NCBI RefSeq assembly: GCF_025526975.1
Contig: NW_026515678.1
Location: 372,001-436,000 of the forward strand
Reading direction: 5' to 3'
Source of the DNA: Fimicolochytrium jonesii
Taxonomy: Eukaryota
DNA: 64,000 bases
Shown here: piece after piece, positions 37,988 through 50,504 of the stretch
Numbering within the stretch: the stretch's first letter is position 1
How the letters are laid out: each line of letters starts with the position of its first letter
Position numbers and translations under genes: made by a program
Notes under the pieces: model-generated
Database searches by the model: none
What the model saw: only the letters and a program-made list of their open reading frames with translations
Told to the model about the DNA's origin: nothing

Positions 37988-38701
37988 GCTGCCTGCTCGT
38001 CGTACACACATACGCCACTCATCGCACCCTTTTGTGGCATCCCCATATTGGATCACCGCTACGGGAAATCGGGGAATATACCCCGCAGTCAGAGATCTTC
38101 GCGCGCAAACCAACATGATCCTGGATATGAGATGTCAGGCATTGTTTTCTCTTTTTTTTGGATGACGACTTTTGAGATTGAGCTTCTCCCCGCCCCCATC
38201 TGTTTCATTGGGATTGGAAAGCGGGTCGGGGCTTCCTGGCGTCGAGCTGGGAAATGTGAATACATATGCATGTAGTATTAATTTCTTGGAAGTTCGGTTT
38301 CCATCCATAATATTGAATGCATGAAAACCTGTGGCTGGCGGTGGGTGGACGAGTTCGAAAACGTCACATTATAGTCGCCAAATCCAATTTGCCGGGGCGG
38401 CAGAACTGCATTATACTGCCCCGCATTATAGCCTCCCCCCTAGTAAAGCACATGTCCCATCTCGAACTGGTCATTGTGGCAACGCCACTTACGAGTGCCT
38501 AATCACCATGGTAACGTGGCAAACAGACGCCAATGGAAGAAAAAACCGAAGTTGAAGCCACGAATGATTTTAAGTAAGCCAAGCAGTATAGTATTGAAGA
38601 AAACACTTTGTTTTATTGAGAACCTATGTTTAACGGAAGGTTATGCACATGAAAAAGGGAACTAGCTCCTCGACTTTACTGATCTTGATATCAATGCGGT
38701 G

Positions 38702-38775
38702 CTATAATCGTATAAGAAAATGGGACATTTGGGTCAGAATCTGAGAAGTTTTGAGTTGAGAAGAAAGAAACTTAC
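38702..38775 (-). other. Predicted 3'UTR intron of the histone H3 gene
   Basis: AAG|GTAAGT donor 34 nt after the stop, CTGAC branch point, pyrimidine tract, TATAG acceptor. Confidence 0.55.
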
Positions 38776-38809
38776 CTTTGAGAAAAACAAGCCTTCCAAT
38801 TGAAATTGC

Positions 38810-39585
<776 letters not shown>

Positions 39586-40888
39586 TCAGGTTGCGGAATG
39601 TAATGGGGAAGCAAGTGAGGGTTGTTCCCCTTGCGCTTCGCTCGCCGATGAATAATCAGCGACCGCGGATAGTAACGTCAATGCGTATCATTTCATCGCC
39701 GTCAGTCACAGCAGCGGCATATCCCATCGGGAAGTGGCTTAGGGACGGAAGGGTGCGCTGAGCACTCTCGCTGTCAACAACAAATCAACGGGCTAGCCCT
39801 TCAAAGTGGTTTCATTTCATCTCTCTCAGCCTCAAAATAGAAGGAAGGGTGTGGCAGGGTTGAACTTTGAACAAACATGCCAAGAACAGGAAGAAAGCGG
39901 GCCATAATCACATGAGGAGGCAAGACGTGTGCGACAAACCTAGCGGAGTTACATAGCATGGCATTCCGTCGAGCAATGCAGTCCAGACAGGAGACGGAGC
40001 ACGTCCCCGGCGTCCACTGTACATGCAGTCAGGTCGCTGCCGAGGACACTTTCAACCTTTCCAGCTGCACGCGACATTCCAACTCCTCGTGTGCATCTCG
40101 ACTCCACGCGACATTCAGCCGACATAATGAGAACTTTTCCTTACGATCGATAAGTTGGGAGTAAGGCAAGAGTTTCCGTCGAAGTGTTGGTATGCTTTTG
40201 ATACTAGGATACTCGTCAAGTTCGGAGGTGAATGTCCGTTCCATTCCTCGTTTTTGGGGTGAACTGAGTTTGGCATTTCCAGCGAAATGTCGTAAGGAAA
40301 GAAGCTTCCTGGCTGTCGAAAGTGCCGAAATGCATGTCCACTGTCCAGAACTTGACCGGCACTTTCCACCCGCCGGAAACCCGGTAGCGGCTGACTTGCA
40401 AGCAAAGGTTTTCAATAAACCGGGTGGAATAGTCACGTGAGTTCCCCGACTTCTCGGCAAGACGGGGGCCGTGTGTCATACGTATGTTTCGGGAAGACAT
40501 CATGATAGTTACTGGGGCCTCCCAGTCCCCTGGCTCGAAGCTTGTCTCAGGTCGGACGTCTTCCTTTCTGACCAGGGAACCCCGCCACCAGCAAGGAACA
40601 ACAGAGCTTTCTCGCTCGGCTCAGCAGAAGGGGCTTCTTGGCCGCCTTCGCCAAAGTATAGTGGAAAAGCCTTGTCGACGCACTTGGCGTAGGAATTAAC
40701 TTTTTAGGCTTTCCACTCTTGGACCAAGCATCATCCTTCTTGCCAACGTCGATATCCACGCCATTACAATTCAGCACGATTCCACAGACGCACAGCACGA
40801 CACTGCTAGTAGCATGCCGCGCAGGTCGGTTACGAGAAGGCTGTATCGCGCAGCTTCCGCGTCGCTCAACACATTACGGTCGGCGAAA

Positions 40889-42154
40889 ATGAAGAGTCTG
40901 TTTGTCTTGCTGGCACTCCTGGCATGTTTGCCGCCACGGGTTCTTGGCGCTTGCATATCCTGCCCTGCTACCCCGGATTGTCTAAATACTTGCGGTGGAA
41001 ACGAACAGGTACGCCGATAGTCTACTCATCCGCGAGACCCTGGGTAGAAATTCATTCCTTGCTATTCCGCAAAACAGGTGTGTGTTTATGTGACCCGTCA
41101 GACATGCGACCAATGCCCGCAAGCAGAGTGCAGGACATCCTCAGCAGAATTGTTTGCGAATCCCGTCTTTCCGCGCCCAAACTGGACACCGGATGCGGCT
41201 TTGCCGCCAGCAGACATCACGACTGTCTTCCCAACCCCAGCGGTTCCGAGCAAACTCATGGCTTCCGCTCTTGAAGTCCAGGCCGGCCCTGGAAACTCCT
41301 CTCCGACCGCTGATGGTAGCTCAGGACCAGTGGTGTCGGTCGGCAACACTGGAAAGTCAGGGGAATCACCATCGCAGAGTATCTTTGGCAAGGTTCCAAT
41401 CCCAATCCTGATCGCAGGAGTGGCGGGAGTGGGTGTACTATCCGTGGGGGCATTCGCGTTTACGCTCCGTCGTCGCTCTCGCATCCGAAAGGCGCAGGCC
41501 GCCAGAGGGCTCGAGAAGGCGGCAATCCCGGTTCTACGTCCCGTCGGCTCGTTTTCGACGGGACACGAAATCATGGATGAGTTCGGCTCCGCCTCGTCAT
41601 GGCGGTCCTCGCACAGCACGTCACCGCACAGCCATGTGGCGAATGTCTTCCCTCAAAGAGCCGCCTCTCGTTCGTCTCATCGCGACCCTGCACGTCTGGC
41701 CCTCTCACTGGCCCCGACAGAAGCCGATCGGCCACCGTACCAGAGCAAGCCGGAGACGATGGCGACATATTCTCCAATCTCCGAACCGTTGCGCTACTCC
41801 TCTTCCTCTTCCGCACCCACAATACGCGATCCATCTGAAGACCTGTCCGACATGGAAACCGCGGACTACTCTCGGCGTTCATCTTTGCTATCCCCAAAAG
41901 CGCAACGCCGGTCTTATCTTCGGTTCTCAAGCGCTCCGCCCAAAGAGTCACCCTTGTCGATGAGCGTCAAACGCCAATCAGCAAGCAGCCTCATATCCAT
42001 GTATTCGGAGTCGGTTATCGGAGACCCCACACTACCTGCGAGCACAACATACGAGGATAAGCGCGGCTCCACCGCATCGTGGATGGCGAGTAGTCAGGAC
42101 TCCAGGCGGTTCTTCTATGCCGGTTCCCCGACTAGCACCGTTTTTGGCCGATGA
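40889..42154 (+). CDS. Opy2-like single-pass membrane protein (intron 41009-41077)
   Basis: Signal peptide, 8-Cys module CISCPATPDCLNTCGGNEQVCVYVTRQTCDQCPQAEC, TM ILIAGVAGVGVLSVGAFAF then RRRSR, Ser-rich tail. Confidence 0.75.
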
Positions 42155-42584
42155 GTGTAGAAACGACTGGCGGTGTGTCATCAAGTAGATTGGATGGCCT
42201 ATTACTCGATAGATGCCGCATCCCAAATAGGAAATGTACATAGCGCTTTGGAATCGGTGTACCATGTGTGTATTTTAGGCTCTTCTCGGCAGACTCTTTC
42301 GGTTTGTCTGTACATGTACAAACGCTTTGTAAATAAACGAGCTTCTCATATGATCCCCAAGTCCCATAAATGAATAGGTGCAGATGTGGACGACGCGCCT
42401 GCCGCTCGAGGAGACCATCTCGTCATAGGGGCTGGCGAAAGCGGCTGGTATGATAACGCCCATTCCGAACTTTGAACATTCTGAGCACACATTCAACCGT
42501 ACTTTTGACTTACATCTTGAGCTTCAAATCAGCGCTCTCAACAGCCTAACAGGTTGAGGATTTATTAGCTCCGAAAATCTCACC

Positions 42585-44272
42585 ATGTTCTCCGCATTCT
42601 CGGCCGCCCCGAAGCCTATGGAACACAGTGAGTTGCAAGCCCTTGTGCGAGATCAGATAATACAAGAAGCAGGTTCGTATCCTTGATTATCTCACCTACG
42701 GAGTTAGAGCGGCATACTCACGAATGGCGGTCTAATTTTTGGCAGGTGTCGACTTTGAAAGCCGCCCCATCTTGGCCATGTATTCGTGTTTCTTCCCGGA
42801 CCCTCGCGCGGCGAACTATGATGACTTGCTCAAGTGAGGCTTTTTGGAGAATAGGACCGTTGGAATGAATCTCGAGGAGGCGCTGACCCCTGCCCTAATG
42901 TGTCTGGAAGATTGCTTCTGCAACGGTTAGATGAAGTTGTGGAGAGCGATTATGTGCTAGTGTTCTTCGCCGCGGGCTCACAGTACCAGCCGGGATGGTC
43001 GTTCCTTTACCGGGCGTATTCATTATTAGGAAGAAAGTAAGCGGATCTGAGAACCGAATCATGATGGATGGTACCGCGCCAAAGCTAACGCCTCCACCTT
43101 CCAGATACCGCAAAAACCTAAAGTCGATGTTCATAGTCCACCCATCCCTTTGGCCACGCCTAATCATCCAAGGAATGGGAGCTGTGGTGAGGTTGTTATT
43201 CTACCCAGCGAGGATCATTCCTTAAGCATTGGAGGAGCGCTTTGAAGGCAAAGATGGCGCGAATAGCGTTTGAGCTGACAATTCCCGTGTATCTCTCCCC
43301 ATCAGCCCGAAGTTTGCGCGCAAGCTGGTCTGGGTATACAGTTTGGCGCAGTTGGGAGGTTCTGTGCCTTTGAAGCAGTTGCACGTGCCTGAGGCGGTCT
43401 TGGCGTGAGTAGGCGAACGTGCTATGTCGTGGACGAGAGGATCTGGACGCTGAGGTTTTGATCTTTGATAGGGTGGATGCGAAGAGTAGCAGCGGGAAAG
43501 TGTCGATGGAGAAGCTTCCGCCAGACACTTCTAGTGTTTTCGGGAAACCATTGGAGGAGATCATGGGGCTGAATGGAGAGGAGGGGTTACCACGGGTCGT
43601 GACGGATTGCATCGAGTACATTCGGAAAGACGGTAACGTCGCCGTCGTCCTGGGCTTCGTGTCGCAAACGTGGGCTGACCGACATACTCAACTGTTAGGG
43701 ATGAACGTGGAAGGCATCTTCCGCCGATCACCAGCATCACAACAACTGCAAGCCGCGAAACGGGCATACCAGACTGCAGAATCCACATACGATCTGCAAG
43801 CATCAGGGGATGTGCATCTCGCCTGCGTATTGCTAAAGACTTTCTTTCGAGATCTTCCAAATCCTGTGTTTTCGGCGGCGATGTATGATACGATACGGGG
43901 GATACAAAGTAAGATCACTCCTTCTTACTCAACGCACATTCCTTCTATCACGTTGACGCTCCACATCTACCCACAGGCCTCCCAACAGACTCCGCCCGCC
44001 TATCCTACACAAAGAACACCATCCTCCCCCTCCTCCCCCGCCCAACCTACCTTCTCCTCGAAGCAACCTTCGCGCTCCTCCACGACATCCACGCCAACTC
44101 CTCAACAAACCTGATGACATCAACCAACCTCACCATTGTGTGGGCGCCGAATCTGGTGCGGAGCGATAACCCGATCGCGGATTTTAGTATGGGCGCGATG
44201 GGCGCGCAGAGTGGAGGGGCGGGAAATGTGATTAGGATTTGTATTGAGCGGTTTGAGGAGGTTTTTGAGTAG
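42585..44272 (+). CDS. CRAL-TRIO/BCH plus RhoGAP protein (ARHGAP1/Ecm25-like), multi-exon
   Basis: VESDYVLVFF, YRKNLKSMFIVHPS, SPKFARKL, VFGKPLEE, arginine finger VEGIFRRS, LKTFFRDLPNP, NLTIVWAPNL. Confidence 0.9.
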
Positions 44273-44439
44273 GTTGGATGAGATCGTGTTGGCGGCCATT
44301 TGGGCGGGGAGGACATGGGGTCAGCGCGAACCATACAGCGCGCAAGTCGGCATCCACCACGGCGTCGGCACATATACTCCGAACAGTAAGTTGCATCTTT
44401 TTTTTCGAAGGCCGAATGGTTTTATACCCCGCCTTCTGA

Positions 44440-44960
44440 GATGCGTCGGGGAAGGTACCCCAGCAGCGCATGACGCCCGGGCGTACATACATGACTAGCT
44501 TTTATACCCGCTCTTCGGGTTGTACATACCGAGTAATGACATAGTACCACTTTTCCACGGCAATTTTACTGGAAGAAAACTCGATTTCCCTGCCATGCTT
44601 AGGATCATGGTATCCGCACGGCGTCGAAAGAGATAAGCAGAACTTTGTTGGGTCGTTGATCTTTGACAGACCTGTCGCGTCCTTTCGCTCCATTGAAGCG
44701 AAGGCCGTTTGATGTCCTTCGGACCGCATATGGTTGAAGCGTGGCTATCCAGGTCGAAGGTGATGCTGCGACGGAAAGAGCTGAGACTGCAACGGGGAGG
44801 GTTTGACCTTTGGCAACATATATACCAGAAGGAGAGGCAGTGGCACAGGAAATCCTTGCAAAAAGGTGCATCCAAGGATTGAAGATATTGAGAGGGATGA
44901 TGAAGGAGAAGCTCGGACCACATCCTCCATTGCCAGCACAGGGAGATACACATCCACACC
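44440..44960 (-). pseudogene. Possible decayed fragment of a nucleotide pyrophosphatase/phosphodiesterase gene
   Basis: RPNKVLLISFDAVR resembles the ENPP motif VLLISFDGFR; GIKAS follows downstream, interrupted by stop codons. Confidence 0.25.
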
Positions 44961-45088
44961 GCAAAAATGTGGCGAAATGCAGACTATAATATCAATTTCG
45001 AAGGCCATAAAAGAGCCGCACCGATATCCGCCATGTCCCTCCCTCATCACCTCAAAGATTGGCATTATCCCGAAAAATCCCAGGCTTC

Positions 45089-46399
45089 ATGCGCAACACC
45101 CCTCTCTCCCGCCTACAAAACGGCGATGGGAAAGACCATCTCCTCCGCTCCGAGGACCACATCGCCCCGAACACCAATTTCACAATAACCACCTTATCCA
45201 CGTCCTCGTTGCACGATGGCGATGGGGATCTCGAGGATACGTACGGGAGGACATTGCGGGGGAAGAATAGCACGTTCGCGGATCTGACGCCGGGGGCGCT
45301 GGAGAAGATCCTTGATTTCATTGACGAACCTACCGCGTTGCTTAGGACGTGCACACGGCTAAGGAATGTAGGCAGGAATGTCGACGTGCGGTACCATTGG
45401 TTGGTCTCGCCGCGGCGCGCACGGCGGCTGCCCAAACTCGTTGGCGGTTCGTGGGGTGCCCATGCCGCGGCGATGACGCGGGCGATGGATTTGATATTCC
45501 GGGCATGCAAGCGTCGGATTGTTTCGGCGGAATTGATTGAATTGCTGCAATCGCAGGGGGATCTGCCGCCTAATGTAGGCAGTTTGAGGAGGGATGTGGC
45601 GGTGATGCGCGGGGCGGGGCCACGGGTGTGGGGTGGGTGGAAGGTGTTGGATGATGCGGTGGCGGAGATGGGCGATGATGAGCGGGTGGTGGAGTGGTGT
45701 GTCGCGGCCGGCTTTGTGACGGATGTCGATGGCGTTGTGCAGGGGATGTTGGGGAGAGGATGTTTAGAGGGATGTGTCAGTGTCCTGCGAGGTGTCGTTG
45801 AGGGCAACAAAGATGAAGAAGGTGCAGACGGTGCATTGGTGTCGAAAAGCGCTGCGAAAAACTATCCGGGATCGCAACATTCGCTAGCCGGTGGAACAGC
45901 TTCTCTTCCACCCTTGAAGCAGACTCCAACATCCGGAATGACGATAATCAATCCACACCCCGCCATCCTCGACCACCTCATCTCCCAATCCCCACTGCAT
46001 CCGCTCTTCCTCCGCATCCTCCCTCACCTCTCCCCACCGCTCATCCCCGCCTCAGCCCTCCCTCAGCTTCTCGCACACCCACACCTCCTCACGGCAATCT
46101 TCACGCACGCCCTCCTCCCGCTCGACTCGATCCTGCTGACACTCGCACAATCCACCGCGCCCATCCGCAAACAAATCCTGGCAACCCTCGCGATGCATCA
46201 AAAGGTGATCGAGGGGCAAATCAAAGGATGTCAGGAAGGTGCAGGGCGTTTGATGCGCAGGGCGGCGATGGAGGATGATGGGGAGACGTGTGAGTGGCTG
46301 GTTGAGGCTGGGGTGTCCGTGCCGGCTGTGGTTATGAAGATGGCAAAGGACATTGGGTCGAAGAAAGCGATTAAGGCGCTTAAGAAAGGAAAGACGTGA
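45089..46399 (+). CDS. Uncharacterised protein with an F-box-like N-terminal motif and an ankyrin-like C-terminal repeat
   Basis: 436-aa ORF from ATG 45089. FADLTPGALEKILDFIDEPTALLRTCTRL and LMRRAAMEDDGETCEWLVEAGV. Confidence 0.65.
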   Translation: MRNTPLSRLQNGDGKDHLLRSEDHIAPNTNFTITTLSTSSLHDGDGDLEDTYGRTLRGKNSTFADLTPGALEKILDFIDEPTALLRTCTRLRNVGRNVDVRYHWLVSPRRARRLPKLVGGSWGAHAAAMTRAMDLIFRACKRRIVSAELIELLQSQGDLPPNVGSLRRDVAVMRGAGPRVWGGWKVLDDAVAEMGDDERVVEWCVAAGFVTDVDGVVQGMLGRGCLEGCVSVLRGVVEGNKDEEGADGALVSKSAAKNYPGSQHSLAGGTASLPPLKQTPTSGMTIINPHPAILDHLISQSPLHPLFLRILPHLSPPLIPASALPQLLAHPHLLTAIFTHALLPLDSILLTLAQSTAPIRKQILATLAMHQKVIEGQIKGCQEGAGRLMRRAAMEDDGETCEWLVEAGVSVPAVVMKMAKDIGSKKAIKALKKGKT

Positions 46400-47139
46400 G
46401 AACAGAGTGAAGGAAACATGGACATCTTGTGCGGGATGGAATAGAAATCGTTGGGATAGTCAATTTCATATCTGACAACGTTCATCGTTCATATGCTCTG
46501 AATCCCCAAGAGATTGTAGTACGACAGCCGCCATGAGCGCACTCTCGCGCGCCAAGGTTTATGGTGATCACTCATATTGTCGGAAATGGAGTGAGAGGCG
46601 TCCTCGTTAATCGGAGTGCTTTGCAAAGACCGATTACCGTCAAGTCCCAATTGTGTGGGCGGCAAGTGGGTTTTCGCAATGCTGTTCGTCGTCTCTGTGC
46701 CGGCAAATATATGCCGTGCTTATCCCAAGGATAAGAATAGCATGTACCCGGCATTTGCCGCTCAATCTCAATGCTTTGTGATGTGAAAGGGTATATGCAT
46801 TCTTTCTCTGAGATTGCCCACCACCACGTCCTTTGACACCATTCGGAATGCCACGAACGCTCCTCCATTGCTCAAGGATCATAGCCGGCTTCCCATATGG
46901 CTGCTCCACGAAAGTGCAAGTACGAGAAGAGTGGGCAGAAAACTAGTTGCTTGAAAGCGGGGATTGAATTCAAAAAAGGAAGGTTTACACAACAGATACA
47001 AAATACTGCTGGCCAAGCAGCCCCATCATCTCCCAGTATCTACAGGATGTCTAAAAGTTTGGGGGAGATGGGATTCTAGAATGAGATGTCTATGCAAAAG
47101 TTCAGAGTAAAGGTCTATGTCTATGTAAAATGTCTATGT

Positions 47140-47186
47140 TCAGTTCGATCACGAAGGTTGGATCAGTTCGATCAACGAAGGTTGGA
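47140..47186. repeat. 23/24-bp tandem duplication in the 3' flank of the secreted precursor gene
   Basis: tcagttcgatca(a)cgaaggttgga twice; several gtctatg copies nearby. Confidence 0.85.
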
Positions 47187-47258
47187 TGTCGGTTGAGTAG
47201 TCGGAGGAACATCTGAAAGATCGTCCGATTGCAGAGAGTGAGGAAGTTGCCATCGGCT

Positions 47259-47789
47259 CTAGATGTCGAGCGCACAGAACTGGTTGGCAGCAACAGTGTT
47301 GTAACCCTCGTTGTTCACCAGATCGAAAACACAGTCAGCCACGGCCTTCGCACTGGGCTTGCGGGGCGCCCCGATATCCCTACGGCGCTTCTCCCAAGGA
47401 AGGCGCTTGCCGTGCTTGTGCGCAAGCTTCACGAGCTTGTTCCACGCCTTCTTTATGCACGGCAAGCACGCTTTGACCCCGTTCTCAGAAACAATGGCAC
47501 ATCCGAGGAAAGCAGCGAAAGCGGCGCCGGAAGTGGCGAAAGTGCCGAGGACGACGGCGGCGAAGCAACCGCCGGTGGCGGCGACCATGACCGCGCAGTG
47601 GATGCCTTCGGTCCAGCCGCATTTGCCGGCGCGGGTGGTGAGGGCCGAGGTGGGTTCAGGGAAGCTGAAGTCGAGGCCATTGAACATGGTGGTGCCGGAG
47701 GCATCGCCGGGGGAGGCGAGGGCAGGGGCGGCGGTGAGAGCGACAACAGCCACGATGGCGACGAGGGCGGCGGTGAGTGAGAAGCGCAT
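47259..47789 (-). CDS. Secreted 176-aa precursor, prepro-toxin/antimicrobial-peptide-like
   Basis: Signal MRFSLTAALVAIVAVVALTAAPALA, pro-region ending LTTR, 6-Cys hydrophobic core, cationic helix, KRRR site, 2-Cys C-terminal peptide. TATAAAA at ~47896-47902. Confidence 0.85.
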   Translation of the reverse strand: MRFSLTAALVAIVAVVALTAAPALASPGDASGTTMFNGLDFSFPEPTSALTTRAGKCGWTEGIHCAVMVAATGGCFAAVVLGTFATSGAAFAAFLGCAIVSENGVKACLPCIKKAWNKLVKLAHKHGKRLPWEKRRRDIGAPRKPSAKAVADCVFDLVNNEGYNTVAANQFCALDI

Positions 47790-49049
47790 TGTGATTGGAT
47801 GAGACTGGTTGCTCTTGTTGAGGTGTTGAGGTGGGTTGGTGGGTTGGTGGGTTGGTGGGTTGATGAGAAGGGAATCTGGACGCACCCCTCCCTCCTTTTA
47901 TAGCCGACGAAGCAGTGTGGATGGATTGGACATCTTCAACCACATCCTTCGCCGAGTTTACTTCCTCCGCAACTACGCTCTAGCAAAGCTCGATAGGGTA
48001 TCATGCATCGTAATGCGCTGGGCTCTTGCAAAGCCCGGATCAACATGTAAGTTAATCGAACCCCCGCAAGGTCCACCGCCCGCCCAACCTAGCACCCGCT
48101 CCACAAACAGTGCGGGTGGGAAGCCGGAACCCATTTACGGCGACGAAGGTGGAGTATGGCGACGAAGGCACCGAGACCGGGACAGCGCAAAAGATATCCC
48201 ACTCCGACAGAGCGCCCGGCGCCGCCGGCCCTGGCCTCCACATATTCTTGCCGTACGGAAAGATAGCTGGTTGGGGAACCTTCTTGTGACGGCGCCTCAT
48301 GGGCATCGGCGACTCGGATAAAGTTTTGGTCAGGCAGCGGACACGCTGGGAACTATCGAATGACTACGAGGGTCAGGTCACCCGCACTTTTGCCCGCCAC
48401 GGACTCTGAAGAAAACATGCCGCCCCGAAATAGAGGGGGTTGGGGACCCCGTCTGTTGAGGGTACATGACAACTAGTTTTATGTAGTGTAGAACGTGAAT
48501 GCGGCGAGGAACCGAGGTCTCTGACCGAAAAATTGCCAAATACTGTCAATCGTGCTTCCAACTGTCGAAGTTCTGTCAGAAATCGCGCATTTTAATTCCT
48601 TCGGATTAAAAAGCTTGAAGTTCGGCTCCTTTGCATCTGTTTGTCGAGCATCGGATGTTTGAAGTATGCAACCAATTTTCGCCAGAACCCGAGGTACAGC
48701 CATGCACCACTTCCTGTGTGAGAAACGAGGGGGATCATAATGGCGCCGCCGGACCTAAAAAGTGTCCCCCTATTCTTTCGTCTTGATATGTGAGTGCGGC
48801 GGCGCCGGAATCGTCCGGATCAGTAGAGAGTGGGCAGCGGAGTCGATGAGGAAGCGAGCTGGAAATCGGGGTGTGAAGGATAAACGGGTGTATTCTTTCA
48901 TAACATACATATTCTATCGATAGATCCAAATGCCTATCATACCGCACAGCACAAGACATCGCAAATCCACCCACTTATATACGTATCACAGGCTACCATA
49001 CTACTCAACGCTGCTCTCCACCGCACACTTCATAGGTTTGCTGCACGTC

Positions 49050-50108
49050 TCAAATGACAGTCTCCTCCTCAAAGAACGCCCGCACAGCAATCGCGGTGCC
49101 CTTATCCAGCGAGAAATCCCGCAACTGCGCAACGCTCGCTCGGGCGATGTTGGCGAAGGTTTGAGCGCCTTCTTGGATTACGAAGCAGTCTGTACAGAAG
49201 AGATATAACGCCGGAGGGTAATATCAAAGGGTACATATCGCAAATGTGAGGGGAAATGAGAGACGTACCATGAGGTTTCAACCGTGTAGCTGTGCCGGAC
49301 ATGAGCGTGATGAGCGGCAACCAGGCGCCTTGGGAAGTTATGTTCACTTGCGGGAGCTCCTCCATCATCTGCATCCGTCACAATTAAACTGCCTTCGTGG
49401 AAGGTGCGTCCGATGTAAAAGAACAGTATCTTCTGCAGTAGCGCATACCTGAGTAATCTTCCCCTGCACAACCCCCGCAGCCTCCTGACTCGCCAACCAC
49501 GCAATCTTCATCACCACATCCCGCACCTCCGCAGTCGAGTGTACCGGATGCATCTGGATCCCGCTTGTTCCCAACAGGAGAATTTGCAGCTGGAGGAAGG
49601 GTGATGGGTCCCGTTCGCGCAGCCAGATGAGGAGATGGACGTGGGCGAATTTGTAAGTGCTTCGAGTGACTCTGGGGAGGGGCGATGAGAATAGGATTTT
49701 AAACGCAGGTAGCGTGAGATATTGAAGCAGCGGCTTCGTTCAGGTTACCTGTCTTGCAAAGCATCCACAAACTCACGCGATTCGAGGTCGGCGGATGAGG
49801 CATCGACGCAGAGAACCGCTAGGGATGAATTAGGGCATGTGATATCCTTGTTGGTCGCCAGGAGTCGGTGAGTGTTGTTCCGGCTTCACAAAGCAGTGAC
49901 TGCCAGGAAACGTACGGCTGGCAAGTTCCGAGAGATTGTGACGTCTACGGTAGGTTGTGTGGGAAACACCGTGTTGAAGACATCGCGAGAATGAAGATGG
50001 ATCTTCAGATGAACTACCTTGACAGCGGAACATGCCACGGATGGCCGAGTCGTTCGTGATGGCCCAATGTGGGAGCAGAGCGTTGTTGACGAGGAGGATT
50101 GGTTGCAT
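49050..50108 (-). CDS. ERCC1-like fold protein, probable SPO16/SCRE/PTD meiotic crossover factor, multi-exon; 5' structure uncertain
   Basis: Spliced product includes VLCVDASS, LQILLLGTSGIQMHPVHSTAEVRDVVMKIAWLAS and the HhH-like end HDCFVIQEGAQTFANIARASVAQLRDFSLDKGTAIAVRAFF. Confidence 0.6.
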
Positions 50109-50504
50109 TGGTGTGCGGAAGAGGCCTGGGAACTTGGGGAAAAGGAGATCGTTTGAAGGACGCGGTCTGAGCTCAGTTGTTCCGAGACCGCTTTCGATCC
50201 AACCACGAGAACAAAGCATAATAGCCATCTAGCCATAGAGCCATATTGATGCCAGAAAGCCGTTGAAATACAAGAAAACTCTATGATACAAAATGATTAC
50301 GCCCCGTCTCCACTCTTCAACCCATTTGCTACGTAGTAAAGAAAACCGTAGCCTAGATGGATCTGCAGCGACGGCTATCTACTCGATTCGAAGCTAAGAG
50401 GCGCCCAATTGACGCGATTATAGATAAGGAATGATGTGATGCGATGCGGGGATGATGAGATGCAAGAGATGAAGGGATGGATATGAAATGTTGGAAAACG
50501 CTCT

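Noticed and set aside
39850..40800. Possible gene, or H4, upstream of histone H3
   Set aside because: No H4 sequence; minus-strand frames look protein-like but are broken by stops, with no identifiable family.
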